A stretch of 64,000 bases of DNA from assembly GCF_006345805.1 (NCBI RefSeq), contig NC_043023.1:20832001-20896000 (forward strand), read 5' to 3'. Positions within the stretch are counted from its first letter, which is position 1, and every line of letters starts with the position of its first letter. The stretch is from Octopus sinensis (lineage: Eukaryota). Below, one piece after another: positions 53,011-64,000 of the stretch. The notes below the pieces were generated by a model, which worked only from the letters and a program-made list of their open reading frames with translations, was not told the origin of the DNA and did not search any database. A program made the position numbers and the translations under genes.

Positions 53011-53194
53011 AGCAATGAATAGGAGTTGCGGGAGAAAGGTATTCAGTCTGTGATAATTTAACAAAAGAAGTCTCTGTGTAATCGCTAACACACACACACT
53101 ACAACATACACACGTACCTACACACATATACCTTTTATCAAACATACACTCACACTACAAAATACACATGTATATACACACATGCACCATATAC

Positions 53195-54155
53195 CTATTT
53201 CTTTACTACCCACAAGGGGTTAAAAACAGAGGGGACAAACATGGACAGACAAACGGATTAAGTCGATTACATCGACCCCAGTGCGAAACTGGTACTTTAT
53301 TTATCGACCCCGAAAGGATGAAAGGCAAAGTTGACCTCGGCGGAATTGAAACTTAGAACTAATTACACCCGAAACCCACCCATTTCTTTACTACCCACAA
53401 GGGGCTAAACACAGAGAGGACAAACAAGGACAGACAAACGGATTAAGTCGATTATATCGACCCCAGTGCGTAACTGGTACATAATTTATCGAGCCCGAAA
53501 GGATGAAAGGCAAAGTCGACCTCGGCGGAATTTGAACTTAGAACGTAGCGGCAGACGAAATACCTATTTCTTTACTACCCACAAGTGGCTAAACACAGAG
53601 GGGACAAACAAGGATGGACAAATGGATTAAGTCGATTACATCGACCCCAGCGCGTAATTGGTACTTAATTTATCGACCCCGAAAGGATGAAAGGCAAAGT
53701 CGACCTCGGCGGAATTTGAACTTAGCGGCAGACGAAATACCTATTTCTTTACTACCCACAAGTGGCTAAACACAGAGGGGACAAACAAGGATGGACAAAT
53801 GGATTAAGTCGATTACATCGACCCCAGTGCGTAATTGGTACTTAATTTATCGACCCCGAAAGGATGAAAGGCAAAGTCGACCTCGGCGGAATTTGAACTT
53901 AGCGGCAGACGAAATACCTATTTCTTTATTACCTACAAGGGGCTAAATACAGAGAGGACAAACAAGGACAGACAAACGGATTAAGTCGATTACATCGACC
54001 CCAGTGTGTAGAGGCAGTGGTACTTAATTTATCGACCCCGAAAGGATGAAAGGCAAAGTCGACCTCGGCGGCATTTGAACTCAGAACGTAGCGACAGACG
54101 ATATACTACTGCTGAGCATTTCGCCCGGCGCGCTAACGTTTCTGCCAGCTCGTCG
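53195..54155 (-). repeat. SINE family C tandem array, about 5 units, reverse orientation
   Basis: Reverse complement of the same unit; head at about 54110-54152. Confidence 0.82.
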
Positions 54156-55027
54156 CCTTCCCGTATACCATGACAGTACAACATATATACTTACACATAC
54201 AGACGTTTAAACAAAGACACACGCAGACGACAAGGTAACACCCACACGTTTACAATCCTCGTCTGGGTTTTTCCTATTTGCGTAGCGACCGTTGTAGAAG
54301 CCAAACGTTTTTCCGATCTGTGAATATACTGAACTTTCAAGAGACCGAATACCTTCAGGCTGAATTCGAAATACTTTGAATTAGGTGAATATTATTTAAT
54401 AATTACTTTAATTAACAATATACTAACACTTTCACATCAGTAAAATCTCATTAGAGCTATTTCAAACCTAAATATATCTTTATAACAAAACTGTTTTATT
54501 TCCAGGTTGTATTTTATTGATTAGAAAATGTTAAAATATTTTACGAGAATAATATTTCATTTCCACTTACTGAATATAATATAAAATATAGTCCAGTTAT
54601 ATGTATGGAGAAAACTATTTCAAGGAAAATAAAGGAATGATAGAAAGTAAAGAATAAGTTAACGAGCTGGCAGAAATGTTTGTGCGCCGGGCGAAATGCT
54701 TAGCAGTATTTCGTCTGCCGCTACGTTCTGAGTTCAAATTCCACCGAGGTCGACTTTGCATTTCATCCTTTCGGGGTTGATAAATTAAGTACCAGACACG
54801 CACTGGGGTCGATGTAATTGTCTTAATCTCTTTGTCTGACCAGATCCGTATCAGTAGACTGTGTAGGCGAAACTGGAACAAGCCGGTCACATATATAAAT
54901 ATATATATATAAATTTAAAATGAGGGCGAGAAATTAGATATTAATTTAATTAACATCGATTTCACACCAGTGGTCTAGCATATAAAAAACTTGAAGGTTC
55001 AGTAAAATTGTATTGTATACATATTTC

Positions 55028-56990
55028 AGGGTCGATTAAATCAGTACCAGTAGTTACGCACTGGTGTCGATATAATCAATTTAATCCGTTTGTCTGCCCT
55101 TGTTTGTCCCCTCTGAGTTTAGCCCCTTGTGGGTAATAAAGAAATAGGTATTTCGTCTGCCGCTACGTTCTGAGTTCAAATTCCACCGAGGTCGACTTTG
55201 CCTTTCATCCTTTCGTGGTCGATTAAATAAGTACCAGTTACGCACTGCTGTCGATATAATCAATTTAATCCGTTTGTCTGTCCTTGTTTGTCCCCTCTGT
55301 GTTTAGCCCCTTGTGGGTAATAAAGAAATAGGTATTTCGTCTGCCGCTACGTTCTGAGTTCAAATTCCACCGAGGTCGACTTTGCCTTTCATCCTTTCGG
55401 GGTCGATTAAATAAGTACCAGTACGCACTGGTGTCAATATAATCAATTTTTATCCGTTTTGTCTGCCCTTGTTTGTCCCCTCTGAGTTTAGCCCCTTGTG
55501 GGTAATAAAGAATAGGTATTTCGTCTGCCGCTACGTTCTGAGTTCAAATTCCGCCGAGGTCGACTTTGCCTTTCATCCTTTCGGGGTCGATTAAATAAGT
55601 ACCAGTTACGCACTGCTGTCGATATAATCAATTTAATCCGTTTGTCTGTCCTTGTTTGTCCCCTCTGTGTTTAGCCCCTTGTGGGTAATAAAGAAATAGG
55701 TATTTCGTCTGCCGCTACGTTCTGAGTTCAAATTCCACCGAGGTCGACTTTGCCTTTCATCCTTTCGGGGTCGATTAAATAAGTACCAGTTACGCACTGG
55801 TGTCAATATAATCAATTTAATCCGTTTGTCTGCCCTTGTTTGTCCCCTCTGTGTTTAGCCCCTTGTGGGTAATAAAGAAATAGGTATTTCGTCTGCCGCT
55901 ACGTTCTGAGTTCAAATTCCGCCAAGGTCGACTTTGCCTTTCATCCTTCCGGGGTCGATTAAATAAGTACCAGTTACGCACTGGTGTCGATATAATCAAT
56001 TTCATCCGTTTGTCTGCTCTTGTTTGTCCCCTCTGTGTTTAGCCCCTTGTAGGTAGTAAAGAAATAGGTATTTCGTCTGCCGTTACGTTCTGAGTTCAAA
56101 TTCCACCAAGGTCGACTTTGCCTTTCATCCTTTCGTGGTCGATAAATTAAGTACCAGTTACGCACTGCTGTCGATATAATCAATTTATCCCGTTTGTCTG
56201 CCCTTGTTTTTCCCCTCTGTGTTTAGCCCCTTGTAGGTAATAAAGAAATAGGTATTTCGTCTGCCGCTACGTTCTAAGTTCAAATACCACCGAGGTCGAC
56301 TTTGCCTTTCATCCTTCCGGGGTCGATTAAATAAGTACCAGTTACGCACTGGTGTCGATATAATCAATTTCATCCGTTTGTCTGTCCTTGTTTGTCCCCT
56401 CAGTGTTTAGCCCCTTGTAAGTAATAAAGAAATAGGTATTTCGTCTGCCGCTACGTTCTGAGTTCAAATTCTGCCGAGGTCGACTTTGCCTTTCATCCTT
56501 TCGGGGTCGATTAAATAAGCACCAGTTACGCACTGCTGTCGATATAATCAATTTAACCCGTTTGCCTGCCCTTGTTTGTCCCCTCAGTGTTTAGCCCTTT
56601 GTAGGTAATAAAGAAATATGTATTTCGTCTGCCGCTACGTTGTGAGTTCAAATTCCGCCGAGGTCGACTTTGCCTTTCATCCTTTCGGGCTCGATTAAAT
56701 AAGTACCAGTTACACACTGGGTTCAATATAATCAATTTAATCCGTTTGTCTGCCCTTGTTTGTCCCCTCTGAGTTTAGCCCCTTGTAGGTAATAAAGAAA
56801 TAGGTATTTCGTCTGCCGCTACGTTCTAAGTTCAAATACCACCGAAGTCGACTTTGCCTTTCATCCTTCTGGGGTCGATTAAATAAGTACCAGTTACACA
56901 CTGGGGTCGATATAATCGACTTAATCCATTTGTCTGTCCTTGTTTGTCCTCTCTGTGTGTAGTCCCTTCTGGGCAGTAAAGAAATAAGAA
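55028..56990 (+). repeat. SINE family C-derived satellite, about 11 x 184 bp
   Basis: Same motif recurs at 55081, 55265 ... 56921. Confidence 0.88.
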
Positions 56991-57255
56991 AGTAAAGGAG
57001 TGAAAACATTCATCTAATTATACACTATTCTATGTAGTTTCCAGTGAATTTCTAATTCTGAAGTGAAATTCTGGATCCTAGATTTATCCAGCGATTCTGT
57101 TAATTGAACTTTCCCTTCGTTTACTCGATACAGTTCTTCAAACTGATTTCTGTTTTAATATTTGTTTAATTATGAATTTAAATGTAATTGTTCTAGTAAT
57201 TTAATTAATATTTATAACTTAAAGGAAACAGGAATAATTGTTTAAATATTAGATT

Positions 57256-57590
57256 CCATGGCTCAGTGGTTAGAGCGTCGAGCTTACGATCGTGAGGTGG
57301 TGAGCTCGAATCCCGGACTGGGCTGCGTGTTGTTTTCTTGAGCAAGGCACTTTATTTTCACGTTGCTCCAGTTCACTCAGCTGTAGAAGTGAGTTGCGAC
57401 GTCACTGGTGCCAAGCTGTATCGACCTTTGTCTTTCCCTTGGATAACACTGGTGGCGTGGAGAGGGGAGGCTGGTATGCATGGGCGACTGCTGGTCTTCC
57501 ATAAACAACCTTGCCCGGACTTGTGTCTAGGAGGGTAACTTTCTAGGTGCAATCCCATGGTCATTCATGACCGAAGGGGGTCTTTACCCC
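57256..57590 (+). mobile_element. tRNA(Arg-like)-derived SINE
   Basis: TGGCTCAGTGGTTAG A box, CTCGAATCCC B box, central domain as in family D. Confidence 0.7.
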
Positions 57591-57597
57591 TTTATTA

Positions 57598-58305
57598 GAT
57601 TCCAACATCACCATCAAAATACAGGCCCAGATACTGCAACAGCTTGGGTTTCAGGGGACCACAGCTCTTTAACCTCCTCCCTAAATGCCTGAGAGACTTA
57701 CATGGTGTGGATGTGGGTTTCTTTAAAACTAAACAGGATCTCTTTTTGTCGGGGGTCCAGATGACCTACCTCACGACAGGAGACGCAGATGCGGGCAGCA
57801 GCATTGAACCCTTGTTGATCAAGTGCCAGTATCAGAGGTGAATTCACATATTAGTGTAGCTTCTTGCGGTGGTGCCCCAGCATGGCCGCGGCCTTCGGGC
57901 TAACACATTTTTAGGATTTAAGATTTATATATAATATATGTATGTATATATATATATATATGCATGGTGCAAGGATTCCAACATCACCATCAAATACAGT
58001 GCAGATACTGCACAGCTTGGGTTTCAGAGGACCACAGCTCTTTACATCCTCCCTAAATGCCTGAGGACTACATGGTGTGGATGTGGGTTTCTTAAAACTA
58101 AACTGGATCTCTTTTTGTCGGGGGGTCCCAGATGAACCTACCTCACGACAGGAGACGCAGATGCGGGCAGCAGCATCGAACTCCCTTGTTGATCAAGTGC
58201 CACGTATCAGAGGTGGATTCACAAACTAGCGTAGCTCGTTCAACGGTGGTGCCCCAGCATGGCCGCAGCCTTCGGGCTAAAACATTTTTAACGATTTAAG
58301 GATTT
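57598..58305 (+). mobile_element. Two tandem 3' ends of the CR1/L2-type LINE family
   Basis: About 330-bp segment repeated (57598, 57973), SLGFRGPQLFNLLPK motif, hairpin tail. Confidence 0.75.
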
Positions 58306-58542
58306 ATTAAACAATTTTGTGACATCTTTATACTATATTAACATTTTAATGTGGAATGCATTAAATATGTTTTCTCATAATCTTAAACATTATTTATCAG
58401 CTGGATGGGTTCTGAGAATTCCATCACATTGTCTAGAATTATTATAAACTCTATTACGAACGAACAGGGGAGTCTCTAACCTGCAGCGTGAATTCAATAA
58501 ATTGTGGGAGAGTGCCTTTAACCATAGGTTTACTAGAAAAGA

Positions 58543-58933
58543 GTGGAGGCGCAATGGCCCAGTGGTTAGGGCAGCGGACTCGCGGTCATAGGATCGCGGT
58601 TTCGATTCCCAGACCGGGCGTTGTGAGTGTTTATTGAGCGAAAACACCTAAAAAGCTCCACGAGGCTCCGGCAGGGGATGGTGGTGATCTCTGCTGTACT
58701 CTTTCGCCACAACTTTCTCTCACTCTTACTTCCTGTTTCTGTTGTACCTGTATTTCAAAGAACCGGCCTTGTCACTCTCTGTGTCACGCTGAATATCCCC
58801 GAGAACTCCGTTAAGGGTACACGTGTCTGTGGAGTGCTCAGCCACTTACACGTTAATTTCACGAGCAGGCTGTTCCGTTGATTCGGATCAACCGGAACCC
58901 TCATCGTCGTAACCGACGGAGTGCTTCCACTCC
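58543..58933 (+). mobile_element. SINE family B
   Basis: TSD ACTAGAAAAGA on both sides. Confidence 0.85.
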
Positions 58934-59289
58934 ACTAGAAAAGAATTAAATTTAAATTAAACCTCAGTAACAAAAACCATAACTTTAATATATTTCAAAC
59001 AAATAAAATTGTCACATTTAAAAATATTTACCGATTATAAAAAAATTTCAGTGTTTAAATATTTTAACTTTATAAATTGTATTCTAACAGTGTAAGAGTT
59101 AAACATCCTTTTACGTTTTAAAAGATTAAAGTTTAAATATATTCTTTATAAATTACAATTATATATTGTATTTGAAAGAATAATTTATGTTATATTTTGT
59201 TAAATTCATGAAATTTCATTCGAACAGACAAAAATAGATAGGCAGATAAATGCATAGACAGATAGATAAGAATGGTATAACACACACAC

Positions 59290-59826
59290 ATATATATGTA
59301 TGTATGTATGTATGTGTGTATGTATGTATGTATGTATGTATGTATGCATGTATGTATGTATGTATGTATGCATGTATGTATGTATGTGTGTGTATGAATG
59401 TGTGTGTGTATGTATGTATGTATGCATGTATGTATGTATGTATGTATTTATGTACGTGTGTGTATGCATGTATGTATGTATGTGTGTGTATGTATGTATG
59501 CAAGCATGTATGTATGCATATATGTATGTATGCATGCATGCATGTATGTATGTATGTATGTATGAATGTATGTATTATGTGTGTGTGTGTGTATGTATGC
59601 ATGTATGTTTGTATGTATGTATGTATGTATGTATGTATTTATGTGTGTATGTATGTATGTATGTATGTATGTATGTGTGTCTGCTCGTGTGTGTGTATGT
59701 ATGTATGTATGTGTGTGTGTATTTATGTATGTATGTGTATGTATGTATGTATGTATGTATGCATGTATGTATGTATGTATGTATGTATGAATGCATGCAT
59801 GCATGTATGTATGCGTGTGTGTGTGT
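59290..59826 (+). repeat. (TATG)n microsatellite
   Basis: Direct reading. Confidence 0.95.
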
Positions 59827-60315
59827 ATGAACTTAAATATTAAGGATAGGATTTTTCCCCATATAAGGAAAGTAAGCAAGATTAATGAATAAATAAAATA
59901 AGAAAAGTTTTACGGAAATGGATTGACTGATAGTGGTGGTGGTCACCTTGGAGGAGACGATAATATACACAATCATATATGCTAATAGCCATATCTACAT
60001 GCAGATATACATACAGAATAATTACTTACATACGTAGGTATATATACGTATACACACATGCTTTTATAAACACGTATTTTATATACTCGCTTTCTTACTC
60101 TGTTCTACTTGTTTCAGTCATCTTGACTGCGGCCATGCTGGAGCACCGCCTTTAGTCGAGCAAATCGATCCCGGGACTTATTCTTTTGTAAGCCCAGTAC
60201 TTATTCTATCGGTTTCTTTTGCCGAACCGCTATGTAACGGGGACGTAAACACACCAGCATCAGTTGTCAAGCAATGCTAGGGGGACAAACACAGACACAC
60301 AAACATACACATGCT

Positions 60316-60350
<35 letters not shown>

Positions 60351-60370
60351 TTATATATATATATATATAC

Positions 60371-60418
<48 letters not shown>

Positions 60419-60849
60419 CATATATACATTTCAGTTTCCGTCTACCACATCCACTCACAAGGCTTTGGTCGGCCAAAGGCTACAGTAGAAGACACTTGCC
60501 CAAGGTGCCACGCAGTGGGACTGAACCCGGAACCATGTGGTTGGTATGCATGCTACTTTATTTCAATAATTTGCCACTAGGGCATCACACAGAGGTAGCA
60601 GTAGCTCCGGGCTGGACACAGACATTAATGGATGATGGTGGTGGTGGATGAAGATGGTGATGGGAGAAGTCAGAAAGCGCCCGTCGACTTTTGCTTCTCT
60701 AAAACAATGTTCTTTTTTCAATAATTTTACAGAGTTCAAAAATTTCAAAAAATTCCAAAAATTTTGAAAAATTACAAAATGTTCACATTACATATTTTAG
60801 AGGAAGCAATGAACCTCCTCTTCCATATGTTACAAGGATGTTACATCGC

Positions 60850-62063
60850 CTAAGTGACCCGGCCGACTATTGCTCTTGCCTCATTGAGGCAATACTCGCT
60901 GGTGAGGCCGGAGTCCAGTGGTATGGTCTGGAAAGAGTCCGCCGGGTAGGAACTCACGATCCCGTGTAGATCAACCCTTCCCACGACCCCCGCAGCTACC
61001 TGCGAAGGCCACTCGGGGTTTTCCACACAAGACCGGATTACCTCCCAATGTCCTCTCTTTCTCACTTTTCTCATGGCGTCTTCCACCTTTTTTCCCTTGA
61101 AAAAGAGGAGCACAAAATCTTCTATAAATAGTCCCTCAGGCGGCACACCCGCCTGAGAGGACCGGAGATGCTCGGGAACCGCCGTCTGCGTGTAGCAATC
61201 CGCCGGCGGGGCTCCGTTTCTCTTTTTTTCTTTTCTTCTGGCCCTGGGCCACGGGAGGCTGAGGTTCCGGAGCTGTGCGCACCGGGTTCTCCTCTCCCGG
61301 AGCTTTCGGGTCCTTTGGTGGGTCGCCATTGCTCCCCACCTTTCTCTTTCTTTTGGAGGAGGATTTTTTCCCCCTCCTCACTTTGTTTCTCTCCCTCCAC
61401 TGGTGGGGCAGGGAGAGGCTCTGATATCAGCCGCTCCAGGATCCTACTCTGGTTCCTGGGGCAGCTCTTCTTGATGTGGCCGGTCTCCGAACACAGGTGA
61501 CACCTGGGGGCGCGTCCCTCAAGCATCACCGGATACTTTGACCCGGCCATCTTCAAGAAGTCTGGCAAAACCAGACTCTTGGCCGACTGGGTCCACAGAG
61601 TCAAATTGGCCTTTGACCCTTCCCAGTTAGCCGCAGGCTGCATTTTGACGTTGAGGATCTTTGCGTCCCTGTCACCCAGACCCCGGCGGATAGAGTCTTC
61701 TAACCACTCGGGCTCAAAGCCGGGCGGCAGGCCACAGACCCATAAACGTAACAATTTTCCCCCCTTGTAACTGGGGAGAAACAGAATCTCATCGCCCTCA
61801 ATGGGCTGGCTTGCAAATTTGCAAGCTGCTTTAGCGGAGTCAAATAGCAACCATACCGTTGCGTATTTGACTCCCCGTTGAATATGTTTAACGGCTGGCA
61901 TATAGTCTGCCAGCTCGTTCACAATGGTGTCTCTCGGAAAAACCATTATGGTGTTGAGTGACTTTGAATATGTCCTCAGCACCACGGTCTTTTCCTCGAG
62001 TTCGTGCAAATATTTTTTGGGAGGTGTTAATTCCCACACAGTGAAATTCTTTGCCTTTGCCAT
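60850..62063 (-). CDS. LINE ORF1/Gag-like protein with CCHC zinc knuckle (Tx1/L1-ORF1- or ZCCHC3-like), split by one frameshift
   Basis: 313-aa ORF 62063-61122 contains CHLCSETGHIKKSC (CX2CX4HX4C) followed by a basic low-complexity linker. The overlapping -1 frame runs to TAG at 60850 with a protein-like C-terminus. One extra base in the T7 run at 61223-61229 would join them into about 404 aa. Confidence 0.7.
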
Positions 62064-63584
62064 AACGTAAGAAAAATACAGTTCAAAATGATAAACTAAA
62101 ATTAGACACAGAAAGGAGAAAAAAATGCAACAGAAGGGAAGAAATAAATTAAAAATGGCAGTTCAAAAAGGTTTTTACAAATAAATAATAGACAGAGAAA
62201 GAGAGTTCAATTCAGACAAAGGAATTCAGTTCTTTTTTTTTTCCACTTCTTCGGCCCAAAATTGTAATCCAGGCCAAATGCACTTGGTAAAACCCTTGGT
62301 AAATAATCCTTGGTAATCCGTGGACAACACAACGACAATTTCAACAATAATTTTTTTTCAGACGGACTATGCCGCTTCAAAAATACAATTTCTTTTTACT
62401 CGACACAGGCAGAAAAATTATATCCGGAGCAAAGTGGAGCCTCATTACTTGCTAAAAAATATTAAATGCTAAAAAAACATTCATGCAAGTAATAAAACTT
62501 CACTTCGCCCGCAAAAATACAAAACGCCTACCTGTAGTCGAGTCAAATGTTCAATAGTTCACGTTAACACGTGACATTTGCCGGAGCAAAAAACAGCACG
62601 TCTGTCTGGTAAGAAGCTACTTACCACACAGCCACTTCTACGCTTATATATACATATATACATATATACGATGGGCTTCTTTTCAGTTTCCGTCTACCAA
62701 ATCCACTCACAAGGCTTTGGTCGGCCCGAGGCTACAGTAGAAGACACTTGCCCAAGGTGCCACGCAGTGGGACTGAACCCGGAACCATGTGGTTGGTAAG
62801 CAAGCTACTTACCACACATCACTTCTACGCTTATATATACATATAACATATATACGACGGGCTTCTTTTCAGTTTCCGTCTACCAAATCCACTCACAAGG
62901 CTTTGGTCGGCCCGAGGCTACAGTAGAAGACACTTGCCTAAGGTGCCACGCAGTGGGACTGAACCCGAAACTATGTGGTTGGTAAACAAGCTACTTTTTT
63001 TTTTGTTTCTTTGGCAAAGTCGACCTCGGTGGAATTTGAACTCAGAACGTAGCGGCAGACGAAATACCTATTTCTTTACTACCCACAAGGGGCTAAACAC
63101 AGAGCGGACAAACAAGAACAGACATAGGTATTAAGTCGATTACATCGATCCCAGTGCGTAACTGGTACTTAATTTATCGACCCTGAAAGGATGAAAGGCA
63201 AAGTCGACCTCGGCGGAATTTGAAATCACAACGTAACGGCAGACGAAATACCGCTAAGCATTTCGTCCGGCGTGCTAACGTTTCTGCAAACTCGCCACCT
63301 TAAACAAGCTTAAACAAGCTACTTACCACACAGCCACTCCTACGCCTATGCATATATATATACGTTAACATAGAGATTTGCATACGACCTATTTCTTATA
63401 CAATGAAAGATTTCATTCAAATCGTGACTCATTATTCTCTTTTCGTTAACAATGAACTTATTTCTCTCAAAAAACAGAACTTGATTCTATTCAAATCTGA
63501 GGTCAGCTTTTTGCCTCAATTCAGAAAAATAGGTAAAACTGAAGTACATATGCGCTGACACTTTACCTGTCTGTCTATTTACCT

Positions 63585-64000
63585 TCCTATCTCTCTCCCG
63601 CCTTCACTCACTCCTTCCCTCCATCCATTCATCCTCTATCCGCTCTTTCTATCTCCCTCCCTCCCTCCCTCCTTCTCTATCTTCCTCTCCCTATCTCCCG
63701 CCCTCCCCATCTCCCCCTCCGTCCCTGTCTCTCTCTCCCTCCCTTTCTATTTCTCTCCCCCCTCCCTATCTATCTCACCCCCTCTCTATCTCCCCTCTCT
63801 CTCCTTCCTTCCCTCCCTTTCTCTCCCCCTCCCATCTCTCCCCTTGTCTCTCCCTTCCCCCTCCCCCTCCCCTATCTCAGTTTCTCTGTCTACCTCTCTC
63901 TCACTCTGTCTATCTCTCTCTCACTCTATCTACCTCTCTCTCACTCTATCTACCTCTCTTTCACTCTGTCTATCTGCCTCTCTCTCACTCTCTCTACCTC
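63585..64000 (+). repeat. C/T-rich low-complexity tract
   Basis: Direct reading. Confidence 0.9.

Noticed and set aside
61215-61240. Programmed -1 frameshift in the ORF1-like gene
   Set aside because: The A-run is not a canonical X XXY YYZ heptamer in the zero frame; an indel or sequencing error is simpler

Overview
AT-rich, microsatellite-dense animal genomic DNA. The SINE/LINE complement suggests an octopod cephalopod (inference). One 100-N gap lies at 52911-53010. (1) The 3' part of a + strand multi-exon gene can be assembled by hand from 11 GT-AG exons with matching phases (1434-43973; 1434 nt, 477 aa to the stop; 5' exons lie upstream of the window). It encodes about 8 ankyrin repeats resembling the Mind bomb 2 C-terminal ANK region, one C3HC4 RING finger and a C-terminal death domain. 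Three small phase-1/1 exons come from tandem duplication of an exon-intron unit. (2) A - strand ORF1/Gag-like CCHC zinc-knuckle reading frame (60850-62063, one frameshift) has no adjacent RT. (3) Repeats include tRNA-derived SINEs (some with TSDs), SINE-derived tandem arrays, CR1-type and RTE LINE fragments, seven non-autonomous Helitrons, and Helitron RepHel and Tc1 coding relics. (4) Main unexpected result: short elements sitting in or next to (TA)n tracts carry type I hammerhead ribozyme folds (CUGANGA / stem II / GAAA / stem III / NUH / stem I) of at least six unrelated sequence families. Many sit in asymmetric palindromes and several are sense to the host pre-mRNA. This pattern points to Penelope-like-element terminal repeats or retrozyme-like non-autonomous elements. 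All structure calls were made by eye; no folding or database search was run.
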